Position numbers and translations under genes: made by a program
In this document: positions 29,111 through 38,403 of the stretch, one piece after another
How the letters are laid out: each line of letters begins with the position of its first letter
How positions within the stretch are numbered: position 1 is the first letter of the stretch
Notes under the pieces: model-generated
Seen by the model: the letters and a program-made list of their open reading frames with translations, nothing else
Told to the model about the DNA's origin: nothing
Databases searched by the model: none
From: Promethearchaeota archaeon
Lineage (GTDB): Archaea; Asgardarchaeota; Lokiarchaeia; Sigyniarchaeales; SOKP01
Direction of reading: 5' to 3'
Assembly: GCA_048938855.1 (NCBI GenBank)
Contig: JBHLLT010000023.1
Location: 1 to 43,620 of the forward strand
Length of the DNA: 43,620 nucleotides

Positions 29111-30412
29111 ATGACTGATAATAGGAAATTTAAAACACAAGCGATTAATGATGAAATCTTGGAAAAACTAAGTTTAAACTATCGATACAAGTTCATAAAT
29201 AATAATTTACAAATAATTTTCTCTCCTAAGGAGATTGAATTCTTGCAACAAATGGAAGATTTTTGCCTAAACTACGAAAAACAAAATAAGATCACCCATG
29301 CACCTGATGAGGATGTTTATAAATGGATCCCCGATTTTGGCAAAGAAGGATATATTACAAGGGGGCATAAATATACTGAGATTGATTTAAATTTTGAACC
29401 GTGTGGGTTAGTAGCAGACTTTCTAAGAATGCTTGCCGTAGATGTGTTCAATCCACAGTTTACTATGGCTGCTGGAGCAACAATTTTAGCAATCAATCCA
29501 ATATATTCTCATCATGAAAATGTTCCCGAACGGCTTGAGGCAATGAAAGAACTAGTAACTGGAAAAGCACCTGGATGTATCTGTATAACTGAACCAGAAC
29601 GCGGTTCTGATGCAGTTCATATGCTGACTACCTGCGAGGAACAGGATGATGGGAGTTTTCTATTAAATGGAACTAAAATCTTTAACACAAATGCACCAAA
29701 AGCTCGATGGGCAGTGGTTTATGCTACTGCAGAACAAAATAATGGAAATAAAATGGCTCAATTTTTAGTTAATACATCTTGGGAAGGGTGGAATTGTGAA
29801 CGAGTAAATATTCCATGGGCTCCTAAAGTCTGGATTGGTAAAGAGGAATTAACTAATCTTAGAGTTCCAAAGGAATATATTTTAGGGGGAATCGGGAAAG
29901 GAAGAGAGCATTTATTTGAAGGGCTTGTTCCAGAAAGGGTTGGTATAGCATGCAAAAGCCTTTGTGAGTGTTGGGGATCAGTAGCTCATGCGACAATTTA
30001 TGCTAATATGCGAAAACAATTTGATCAAGAGATTCTTAAATTTCAGGGTGTTGGATTTCTCTTAACAGATTTTTGGGCAAGAACGTGTAATTTAACACGG
30101 GCTATGTATCAATTTTGTACGTATTATGATCGTCTTGTTGAAAAATTTGGAGACGAGAAAAAAATCCCGAACGCTATTCAGCAAGCCATGGTACCTGCGG
30201 CAAGTCAACTAAAATATCAAGCAACAGATCTTTCTCAAAAAATCTGTTATGAAGCTGGAAATCTCATGGGTGGTGCCGGGTTATGTGATAATACCTTAAT
30301 GCATGACTATATCAACTTATCAAGAATTGGAGAAGTAGTTGGAGGTACAAAGCAAGTACAATCATATATTATGCAGCTAAATCTGAGAACATTATTTAAA
30401 ATGATAAATTGA
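29111..30412 (+). CDS. Acyl-CoA dehydrogenase (paralog 2)
   Basis: Same ACAD motifs: TEPERGSDA, GTKIFNTN, RKQF, MGGAG. Confidence 0.92.
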   Translation: MTDNRKFKTQAINDEILEKLSLNYRYKFINNNLQIIFSPKEIEFLQQMEDFCLNYEKQNKITHAPDEDVYKWIPDFGKEGYITRGHKYTEIDLNFEPCGLVADFLRMLAVDVFNPQFTMAAGATILAINPIYSHHENVPERLEAMKELVTGKAPGCICITEPERGSDAVHMLTTCEEQDDGSFLLNGTKIFNTNAPKARWAVVYATAEQNNGNKMAQFLVNTSWEGWNCERVNIPWAPKVWIGKEELTNLRVPKEYILGGIGKGREHLFEGLVPERVGIACKSLCECWGSVAHATIYANMRKQFDQEILKFQGVGFLLTDFWARTCNLTRAMYQFCTYYDRLVEKFGDEKKIPNAIQQAMVPAASQLKYQATDLSQKICYEAGNLMGGAGLCDNTLMHDYINLSRIGEVVGGTKQVQSYIMQLNLRTLFKMIN

Positions 30413-30436
30413 AATTAAAATAAAGGAGTAAGAAAG

Positions 30437-31735
30437 ATGAGTATGGAAAAAAGATTTAAAACGCAGGCGATAAATGATGAAATTCTAGAAAAATTTAATC
30501 TTAAAAATCGATATGCATTTGTAAATAACAACCTAACCGCAATTTTGACCCAAAAAGAATTTAATTTTTTACGTGAAGTTCAGCGTTTTTGCTTGCGTTA
30601 TGAAAAAAAAAATAATATTGTCCATGGCCCTGATGAAGATATTTACGAGTGGATCCCAGATTTTGGCGAAAAGGGATATATTACGCGACAGCATAATTTT
30701 GACATGGTTGATGTAGTATATGAGGATTGGGGTTTAGCAGCAGATTTTATGAGAACATTAGCAATTGATATGTTTGATCCTCAATTCGGAATGGGTGGAG
30801 GAGCAACTGTTCTGGCAGTTAATCCCGTGTATGAACACCATGATTACGTTCCTGAACGATTAGAAGCTTTAAAAGATTTAGTTACTGGAAAATCCCCGGG
30901 AGCTATACTTATTACTGAACCTGAAAGGGGCTCGGATGCGGTCCACCAGCTCAGTACTTGTGACGAGCAGGAAGATGGGAGTTTTATTCTAAACGGCGAG
31001 AAGATCTATAATACCAATGCTCCTAAATCTAAGTGGGTGGTTGCTTATGCTACAGCTGAACAAAACAACGGAAACTTAATGGCACAATTTTTAATTAATA
31101 CGAATTGGGAGGGATTTGAAGTTGAACGGGTAAATATCCCATGGGTCCCCAAGCTTTTCCTCGGAAAAGAATATTTTAAAAATCTTAGGGTTCCTAAGGA
31201 GTATATCCTTGGTCCTGTTGGAAAGGGACGAGAACATCTGTTTGAAGGTTTGGTTCCAGAACGTATTGCAATTGCCATGATGAGTCTTTCAGAATGTTGG
31301 GGTGCTTTAACTTATGCTGTGATCTATGCCAATAATAGAAAACAATTTGATCAGGAGATACTGAAGTTTCAAGGAGTAGGTTTTCTACTAGCAGATTTAT
31401 GGGCTAAAACCACTAACCTTACAATTGGATTATTAAAGTTCTGTGAATCTTATGATGAGAAATTTATCAAATTTGAAGGAAATATTCCTAAAAACATTTC
31501 TCAAGCAATGGTTGCAAGTGCGTCTCAATTCAAATACCAATCAACTGCTTTGTCAAAGGATGTTTGTTATGAAGCAGCTAATGTCATGGGGGGTGCTGGG
31601 TTGTGTGATAATACAATGATGCATGATTACCTAAATATTTCACGCATACAAGAGATTGTTGGGGGTTCGAGGCAGATTCAACAATATATAATGTCCCTTT
31701 CATTAAGAACATTATATAAAATGTCTGTTTCATAA
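30437..31735 (+). CDS. Acyl-CoA dehydrogenase (paralog 3)
   Basis: Same ACAD motifs; SD AAGGAG; probably co-transcribed with paralog 2. Confidence 0.92.
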   Translation: MSMEKRFKTQAINDEILEKFNLKNRYAFVNNNLTAILTQKEFNFLREVQRFCLRYEKKNNIVHGPDEDIYEWIPDFGEKGYITRQHNFDMVDVVYEDWGLAADFMRTLAIDMFDPQFGMGGGATVLAVNPVYEHHDYVPERLEALKDLVTGKSPGAILITEPERGSDAVHQLSTCDEQEDGSFILNGEKIYNTNAPKSKWVVAYATAEQNNGNLMAQFLINTNWEGFEVERVNIPWVPKLFLGKEYFKNLRVPKEYILGPVGKGREHLFEGLVPERIAIAMMSLSECWGALTYAVIYANNRKQFDQEILKFQGVGFLLADLWAKTTNLTIGLLKFCESYDEKFIKFEGNIPKNISQAMVASASQFKYQSTALSKDVCYEAANVMGGAGLCDNTMMHDYLNISRIQEIVGGSRQIQQYIMSLSLRTLYKMSVS

Positions 31736-32677
31736 ATCAAATAAATAAACCTTACTTTTTCTTATTTTTATTATTTAAACAATAGTATTAACAAGGTTTT
31801 TAATCTTCAAAAAATCTTATAAAAAGAGGGTATTTCCAAAAATTGAAATGAAAAAATAAAAAGAAAGAGAGGGATGTTAAAGCATTTTGAATAGTTGTCT
31901 TAAAGCCATACTCATAATATATTGCTGTATCTGTCTTGAACCGCCTACAATTTCTTGAATTCTAGAGACATTTACATAATCTTGCATCATTGTATTATCT
32001 GATAGTCCGGCACCTCCCATGAGGTTAGCTGCTTCATAACATATTTCTTTAGAAAGGCTTGTACAATGATACTTGAATTGACTCGCAGATGCAACCATCG
32101 CTCTAGAAATGTTGCCTGGGATATGACCTTCAAACTTTTCCATCTTCTTATCATATTCCTCGCAGAATTTCAGTAACCCAAGTGTTAAATTCGTACATTT
32201 TGCCCAAATATCAGTAAGTAGGAATCCTACCCCTTGAAACTTCAGTATCTCCTGATCAAATTGCTTTCTCATATTTGCATAAATTGCTGCATGAGATACT
32301 GCTCCCCAACATTGGGAAATAGCACCATATGCAATACCAATTCTTTCGGGTACTAAACCTTCAAATAGATGTTCTCGTCCCTTTCCAACAGAGCCTAATA
32401 TATATTCTTTTGGAACTCTAAGATTTTTGAACAATTCATGACCTAAATATAGTTTGGGGACATATGGAATATATACACGATTACATTGCCATCCTTCCCA
32501 TTCTGTATTAACTAAAAATTGAGCCATTAAGTTTCCATTATTTTGTTCTGCAGTAGCATAAACCACAGCCCACTTAGATTTTGGAGCATTGGTATTATAG
32601 ATCTTCTCACCATTTAAAAGATAACTCCCATCGTCCTGCTCGTCACAAGTACTGAGCTGGTGGACCGCATCCGAGCC
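30929..32677. repeat. 44-bp perfect inverted repeat inside ACAD paralogs 3 and 4 (30929-30972 and 32634-32677)
   Basis: ggctcggatgcggtccaccagctcagtacttgtgacgagcagga is identical in both genes, which lie on opposite strands. Confidence 0.85.
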
Positions 32678-33160
32678 TCTTTCAGGTTCCGTTATGCAAA
32701 TACAACCTGGAGCAACCCCTGTCACAAGATCTTTTAAGGCTTCTAATCGTTCAGGTATATTTTCATGGTGTTCATACACGGGATTAATTGCTAATACCGT
32801 AGCACCAATACCCATTCCAAATTGGGTGTCAAAACTATCAAGAGCAAGAGTTCTTAAAAAGTCTGCTACAGCACCATAATAATCATAGTTTACATCAATC
32901 ATATCAAAATTATGGGCTCTTGTAACATATCCTTCAGCCCCAAATGTAGGTATCCATTCATAAATGTCTTCATCAGGGCTATGCATAATCCCATTTTTCT
33001 TTTCGAACCTCATACAAAATTTTTGCACTGATTTAAAGAAATTAAATTGCTCAGGTGACAAAATTGCCATTAAATTATTGTTTATGAAATTATATCGGTT
33101 CTTAAGACTCAATTTTTCAAGGATTTCATCATTAATAGCTTGATCCATAAATCTTGGCAT
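31877..33160 (-). CDS. Acyl-CoA dehydrogenase (paralog 4)
   Basis: Same ACAD motifs. Confidence 0.92.
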   Translation of the reverse strand: MPRFMDQAINDEILEKLSLKNRYNFINNNLMAILSPEQFNFFKSVQKFCMRFEKKNGIMHSPDEDIYEWIPTFGAEGYVTRAHNFDMIDVNYDYYGAVADFLRTLALDSFDTQFGMGIGATVLAINPVYEHHENIPERLEALKDLVTGVAPGCICITEPERGSDAVHQLSTCDEQDDGSYLLNGEKIYNTNAPKSKWAVVYATAEQNNGNLMAQFLVNTEWEGWQCNRVYIPYVPKLYLGHELFKNLRVPKEYILGSVGKGREHLFEGLVPERIGIAYGAISQCWGAVSHAAIYANMRKQFDQEILKFQGVGFLLTDIWAKCTNLTLGLLKFCEEYDKKMEKFEGHIPGNISRAMVASASQFKYHCTSLSKEICYEAANLMGGAGLSDNTMMQDYVNVSRIQEIVGGSRQIQQYIMSMALRQLFKML

Positions 33161-33348
33161 TTTATTTAACCCACTTTTAAATCTATTTCATGTTTAGAAT
33201 AATTAATTATACTAGGGAAAAAGTACATTAACTTTTTAATTTTTGTAAAATAAAACTTCGATATCCTAAATATCATATTTTTTTTTCAAAAATGGTTTTG
33301 TGAAATCGTTAATAATGATCAATTTCCAAATAAAAAAGCATAATTTGT

Positions 33349-34101
33349 TTAACAAATTAATTTCTGGATTCTATTTGAAAACCGTTTTGAGATAACTAAT
33401 CCCGTTTCAAATGGACAATTACTCTTAAATTGAATTACTGAAATAAAATGTTGATCAATTCCGGTTAAAGAAAGTACACCAAAATTTTCTAAAGAGATAA
33501 GTTCATTTACTCTATAATTTCCCGAAATGAATCGTCCTTCTAATAATCTAATTATTTCAGAAAGAATATTTGGTTCTAATGATGAAACAATTACTCTTCC
33601 TGTTTGAGTCAAGAGAGCTGAAGATACAACAAAAGATGAAAATGTATGTAATTCATTAAATACATTTAATAACTCTTTTTTAATTTCATCTGAAACTAAT
33701 TGCCCATGATTCTCCATAATTTCATTTATATTTTTATCAAAATCAAAGAATTTTGAAATTTCACCATCAAAATTCCTCGTAAGTAAAGCAAAGTCATATT
33801 TATTCATGAATTGTTTTTTAATTTCTCTCAATTGATTTCTAAGCTCAACAAGATTATCTGTTCGGTCACTAAATAGAGCAAATAATAATTCATCATTACC
33901 CACCTTTTCTATCTCAAATATAAATCGAAAAAGACCAACTTCAATTTCAGATAATTCTTCAGTTTTCAACGTTTGCTTTACAAAAGAAAAAATAGCACTT
34001 AAAAAGCTACTGGTTAGCTTTACATTAAAAATATCTTCATATGTTTTATAGAAGATTAATTCGCCGGTGTTTCCTTTCATTATGAAGATATTTTTTATCA
34101 T
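33349..34101 (-). CDS. Longin domain + Roadblock/LC7 domain protein
   Basis: Longin pattern IFIMKGNTGELIF..LTSSFLSAIFSF..LLFALFSD..IKKQFMNKY..FDGEIS, then roadblock pattern SSALLTQTGRVIVSSL. Confidence 0.78.
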   Translation of the reverse strand: MIKNIFIMKGNTGELIFYKTYEDIFNVKLTSSFLSAIFSFVKQTLKTEELSEIEVGLFRFIFEIEKVGNDELLFALFSDRTDNLVELRNQLREIKKQFMNKYDFALLTRNFDGEISKFFDFDKNINEIMENHGQLVSDEIKKELLNVFNELHTFSSFVVSSALLTQTGRVIVSSLEPNILSEIIRLLEGRFISGNYRVNELISLENFGVLSLTGIDQHFISVIQFKSNCPFETGLVISKRFSNRIQKLIC

Positions 34102-34310
34102 TTTTAATTAAAGAAAATTATTCATTGAAATCTATATTCTTTAAGTTCATTAATATCAGTTTATCTATAAAAATTCTTTTATTAATACGTATCTTTAGGT
34201 AAACGCAACAAACATGTAATAAAATCTTCCGAGACTCCTTTGGAAGAAACCTCTAAAAGTAATAGTAAATATATTGATAATAATTTTATTTAGAGATTTG
34301 TAAGCTCCAT

Positions 34311-35066
34311 CTAAAATCCATCAAATTTTGCCCATTCATCTTCTTCTTCCTCTTCCTCATCATCAACATATTCTTCAATCACTTCGCTTTTTGCACCTTC
34401 AGAAATTTCTTCTTCGTATTCGTCAAGATCATCTTCAAATGTGATTGATTTTTCTAAATCTGATATAATATCGGCAGCAACCTTTATTTCTGGAATAGGT
34501 TCTTCTACTGGTTTCTTCTTTTCAACTAATTTAAGGTAATCTCCATGGATTTTAATTGTTATTGGAGTTTCTTCTTGTAAAAGCCTAACAACAACCTCTT
34601 CACTCGCACTTGAATCGTGAGGCATTCGCATAACAATAGCTCTAGAGCCTTCGAAAACACCACTAATAATTTCAACAGTATCACCCTCTTCTAAGTATTC
34701 TGTAACACTTCTTGGCAACAGTACATGTTTAAGTTCTGAAAGTTTAATATTTTGCACTATTCTTCCTTTAATATGTGGTATACCTTGCACAGCTATTTGC
34801 ACATCACGCTTCTGGGGGGCTTCAAAGAATATATAGCCTGGTAATAAGGGAGAAACAAGCATAGCTCTTATATCTGGAATTACATCCAAGATTTTGAATC
34901 TATAAAAAATCTGCCTTAAAATATTGCTTTCTTGATTTATTGTTGTTCGCACAGCGAAAAGAGTGGTTAGATCCTCCTTATCTTCGAGCTCCTCCCTGCT
35001 GATTAATGATTCTAACTTTAAAGATTCATTATCGACTTTTTTTACATCCTCTTCTTGATCGGCCAT
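34311..35066 (-). CDS. spt5: Transcription elongation factor Spt5 (NGN + KOW) with acidic terminal extensions
   Basis: FAVRTTINQE, LPGYIFFEA, GIPHIKG; KOW EGDTVEIISGVFEG. Confidence 0.88.
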   Translation of the reverse strand: MADQEEDVKKVDNESLKLESLISREELEDKEDLTTLFAVRTTINQESNILRQIFYRFKILDVIPDIRAMLVSPLLPGYIFFEAPQKRDVQIAVQGIPHIKGRIVQNIKLSELKHVLLPRSVTEYLEEGDTVEIISGVFEGSRAIVMRMPHDSSASEEVVVRLLQEETPITIKIHGDYLKLVEKKKPVEEPIPEIKVAADIISDLEKSITFEDDLDEYEEEISEGAKSEVIEEYVDDEEEEEEDEWAKFDGF

Positions 35067-35244
35067 TACATTTCACGCTTCCTATTTGAATTTGGGTTAT
35101 TTAAGATTTGTTTTGGAAAATAAGTATATACTAATAAAAGATTACAAAATTAAAAATTTTTGCTTTTTATTGGGGGTTTTTTTGATCTTTTGATTACAAA
35201 ATTCTTTGGTTAATAGGAAATTGTAGCTTAATGAATTATTAAAA

Positions 35245-35616
35245 TTAAAGTGGAATATTATTAATATTTAATATTTCTGGAACTTTTTTGTTTCTTTCGA
35301 GCCATGAAATTTCATGTTTCATATATCGCCATGTAATTTCGCATTTCCCCATCTTATCATCAGTTTGTGTCTCCCAATCCCATGGATTCACTATGACTAG
35401 ATCAGCAATTCTTATCCAAACTCTCTTTTTGATTTTTCCACGTATTCTACCGATTCTATGTTTACCATCTTCACAAAAAACTTCCATTCGATCATTTCCA
35501 AAAACCCCTACAACACGTCCAAACATTTCTCCCGCTTTTCTATTAGGGAATTTTACACGTGTTACTACTGGCTCTTCTTGAGCGCTTCTTTTTCCTTTAC
35601 CTTTTTTTTTAGCCAT
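35245..35616 (-). CDS. eif1a: Translation initiation factor aIF-1A
   Basis: GEMFGRV..FGNDRMEVFCEDGKHRIGRIRGKIKKRVWI..DLVIVNPWDW..WRY. Confidence 0.95.
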   Translation of the reverse strand: MAKKKGKGKRSAQEEPVVTRVKFPNRKAGEMFGRVVGVFGNDRMEVFCEDGKHRIGRIRGKIKKRVWIRIADLVIVNPWDWETQTDDKMGKCEITWRYMKHEISWLERNKKVPEILNINNIPL

Positions 35617-35640
35617 ACTCTTTTATATTAAAATTATAAT

Positions 35641-35976
35641 TTAGAGTTTATCATTTGGTAAGTACTGAGCTTTGATAAAAACAACTTTAATTGGTGTATC
35701 AGAATCATTTCTGATATTGTGCATTTCCTTTGGTTCACATAAAAATACACTTCCCTGAAGTGCTTCGTATTCTTTATTATCAATAATCATCACCCCATTT
35801 CCCTCAACAAAATAAAATGTTTCGTCAAGAAGATTATGTCCATGAGCTTTGTCGCCCATTAATTCACCAGGCTTAAGCAATATAACACCCCAGTCTATTG
35901 AAGGCCCCCTCATAAGGTATTTTACTCCAGATTCTCCACCACGATATTCAAAATCTGTTTCATGAACTTTTTTAAT
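35641..35976 (-). CDS. Cupin domain protein; probable ATT start
   Basis: HGH...ETFYFVEG...PKEMHNIRN. The frame extends upstream as (I)KKVHETDFEYRGGESGVKYL-MRGP, with SD GGTGA 6 nt before ATT at 35976. Confidence 0.85.
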   Translation of the reverse strand: MKKVHETDFEYRGGESGVKYLMRGPSIDWGVILLKPGELMGDKAHGHNLLDETFYFVEGNGVMIIDNKEYEALQGSVFLCEPKEMHNIRNDSDTPIKVVFIKAQYLPNDKL

Positions 35977-36112
35977 TGTAAATCACCAATGGACTAATTA
36001 TGTTATAAAACAAATTATCTAGAGTAAATTATAAATCTTACCCATTATAAAGTGATTCATAGTTTATTATAATAATTTTCGCGACTTCAGAAAAATATAA
36101 AAGGTAGATGTA

Positions 36113-37300
36113 ATGATTCCAACTTTCAGTTTTGCTAGTATTCCACATATCATTTTTGGTGCGGGAAAACTAATCGAACTTTATGATATTATTCCAAAGT
36201 TCGGTAATAATGTTTTGTTTGTAATAGGCGGTAATTCCTTAAAAAAATCAGGTAAATGGGATGAAATTTCATCCAATCTTAAAAATAAATCAATTAGCAT
36301 TGATTATACTTCAGTATCAGGAGAACCATCTCCTACAGTCATAGATGAAAATGTAGTAAAATTTAGAAATAAAAATCTTGATCTAATTATCGGAATTGGA
36401 GGTGGGAGTGTCATTGATGCAGGAAAAGCAATCTCTGCTATGTTAACAAAGGATGATTCCATTACCAATTATCTTGAAGGAGTAGGTACGAAGATCCATG
36501 ATGGTAAGAAAATACCATATATTGCGATTCCTACAACATCTGGAACTGGGAGTGAAGCTACAAAAAATGCAGTTATTAGCGAAATTGATTCTGAAGGTTT
36601 TAAAAAATCACTGCGCCATGATAATTTAATCCCAAATATAGCAATTATAGACCCTGAGCTAATGATTTCTTGTCCTCCATCGATTTCAGCAGCTTGTGGA
36701 ATGGATGCTTTTACACAACTATTAGAAGCATATGTTTCTTCAAAAGCTAATCCTATAACAGATGCATTAGCCTTTAGCGGGATGAAGTATGTTAGTGAAA
36801 ATATCATACAAGTATGTGCTGATGAGGCTTCTAATGTAGAGGTCAGGGCTTGTATGGCATATGGTTCATTAGTTTCAGGAATAGTGCTTGCTAATGCGGG
36901 TTTAGGGATAATACACGGCTTATCTTCACCAATAGGTGGATATTTCAATATACCACATGGAGTAGTTTGTGGTACTCTTCTTGCTGAAGCAACTAAAGCG
37001 AATATTGACGTTTTACAAAAACAAGGATTAGAAGGAGACTTAGTATTAAGAAAATATGCTAAAATAGGAGCATTATTAAAGGGAGAAGATAGTGCGGAAG
37101 AAATTATGATCCTTGAATATTGCCTTGATTTAATAGAGATACTACAAAAATGGACTAAAGTTTTAAAAATAGATACTCTAGGAAAATATGGTATTGATGA
37201 ACAGCATATTAGTAAAATAGTTGTAAACGCAGGATTAAAAAACAATCCAGTAAATCTAAGCAAGGCAACTATTCAAAATATAATCCTCAATAGGTTATAA
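36113..37300 (+). CDS. Iron-containing alcohol dehydrogenase
   Basis: GGGSVIDAGK, PTTSGTGSE, GMDAFTQ, HGL, PHG. Confidence 0.93.
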   Translation: MIPTFSFASIPHIIFGAGKLIELYDIIPKFGNNVLFVIGGNSLKKSGKWDEISSNLKNKSISIDYTSVSGEPSPTVIDENVVKFRNKNLDLIIGIGGGSVIDAGKAISAMLTKDDSITNYLEGVGTKIHDGKKIPYIAIPTTSGTGSEATKNAVISEIDSEGFKKSLRHDNLIPNIAIIDPELMISCPPSISAACGMDAFTQLLEAYVSSKANPITDALAFSGMKYVSENIIQVCADEASNVEVRACMAYGSLVSGIVLANAGLGIIHGLSSPIGGYFNIPHGVVCGTLLAEATKANIDVLQKQGLEGDLVLRKYAKIGALLKGEDSAEEIMILEYCLDLIEILQKWTKVLKIDTLGKYGIDEQHISKIVVNAGLKNNPVNLSKATIQNIILNRL

Positions 37301-37327
37301 TTAGAAAATATTCAAAGCTTCAAATTC

Positions 37328-37843
37328 TTATATTTGTGTTACTAATTTTTTTGCTAGCAATTCAAAAGCTAATTGGACATTTTCGCCTGTTTTAGAAGAT
37401 ACTTTCAAATAATCAAAAAATCCAAATTCCTCTTTAATTTGTAAAGCCATTGCATCATCTATAGTAATTTGCTCTTTCAAATCTAATTTAGTTCCTAAGA
37501 AAATGATTGGAATATAAGGATTATCCTGTCTGCATATGTTAACCCATTGTTCAATTCGTACTAAACTTGACGGTCTGGTGAGATCAAACAGTAGTAACGC
37601 ACCTCTTGCTCCTTTTGCATAAGTACTTAAAAGAGGTCTAAAATGTTCCTGTCCACCAAAATCCCATATTTGGAGTAATATTTTTTTATCTTCTATGTTA
37701 AGTTCTTTTAAAAAAAATTCCACTCCAATTGTCATTAGAGTATCTGCGAGAAATCTACCCTCAATATATCTATAAAGAAGCGTTGTTTTACCAACACCAC
37801 CCTCTCCGGCTGTGACAACCTTCAAGAGTATAGATTTTGTCAT
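37328..37843 (-). CDS. Rab-like small GTPase
   Basis: GEGGVGKT, TIGVEF, WDFGGQ, TKLD, SSK. Confidence 0.92.
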   Translation of the reverse strand: MTKSILLKVVTAGEGGVGKTTLLYRYIEGRFLADTLMTIGVEFFLKELNIEDKKILLQIWDFGGQEHFRPLLSTYAKGARGALLLFDLTRPSSLVRIEQWVNICRQDNPYIPIIFLGTKLDLKEQITIDDAMALQIKEEFGFFDYLKVSSKTGENVQLAFELLAKKLVTQI

Positions 37844-37965
37844 AAAGTTCCCTCGAATAAATTTATGGGTAATATTTTGCTGTTAAAAAATCTTGGAATT
37901 AATAGACTATAAAATTTTTTTATTGAAAATTTAAAATGTATTGATCATTTTATATTTTTTTAAGC

Positions 37966-38403
37966 TTAATCAATGGATATATATTTCTTTTGCCTCATAA
38001 ATATTGTATATATTTGAATTTCTTTTGCTTTTCTACGCAAATCTGAATCATTTGTAGCTATATATATGTTTTGATTTTGTTTTTTTAAATTCATTAACAT
38101 TCTGATAAGAAAATCATCAGTAGTTTCGTTTTTCTTCTTTTTATCTTCTAAAATATCAATTCTGTATTTTTTTTTGTTTTTTTCTAGGTATCCTAGTCCA
38201 GATTCAAGGAATCTGATAAATTTAGTTGTTTCCAGTTCTTTTTTTCTTTTTGCTTCTAGTTCATTAAAAATTTGCTGATATATAATAAATCTTATTTCAC
38301 CTTCAATTTTAGATCTTATCTCATCGAAGTAATCTATCTTAAACTGAAAAGGAAGTAAAATGAAGTTAGAATCGATAACAATTATATTTTTTTTCGATTT
38401 CAA
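37966..38403 (-). CDS. PIN-domain ribonuclease (Fcf1/Utp24/Utp23-like)
   Basis: VIDSNFILLPFQFKID, FNELE, TDDFL, IATNDSDLR. Confidence 0.88.
   Translation of the reverse strand: MKSKKNIIVIDSNFILLPFQFKIDYFDEIRSKIEGEIRFIIYQQIFNELEAKRKKELETTKFIRFLESGLGYLEKNKKKYRIDILEDKKKKNETTDDFLIRMLMNLKKQNQNIYIATNDSDLRRKAKEIQIYTIFMRQKKYISID

Noticed and set aside
27635-33160. Diversity-generating retroelement or recombinase-driven shufflon behind the ACAD repeats
   Set aside because: No reverse transcriptase or recombinase nearby, and the differences are not adenine-specific.
36469-37263. 264-aa antisense ORF
   Set aside because: Lies entirely opposite the well-conserved Fe-ADH gene and has no recognisable motifs; a shadow ORF.
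37966-38403. VapBC toxin-antitoxin module
   Set aside because: The PIN resembles the Fcf1/Utp23 type and the overlapping upstream gene is a GTPase, not an antitoxin.
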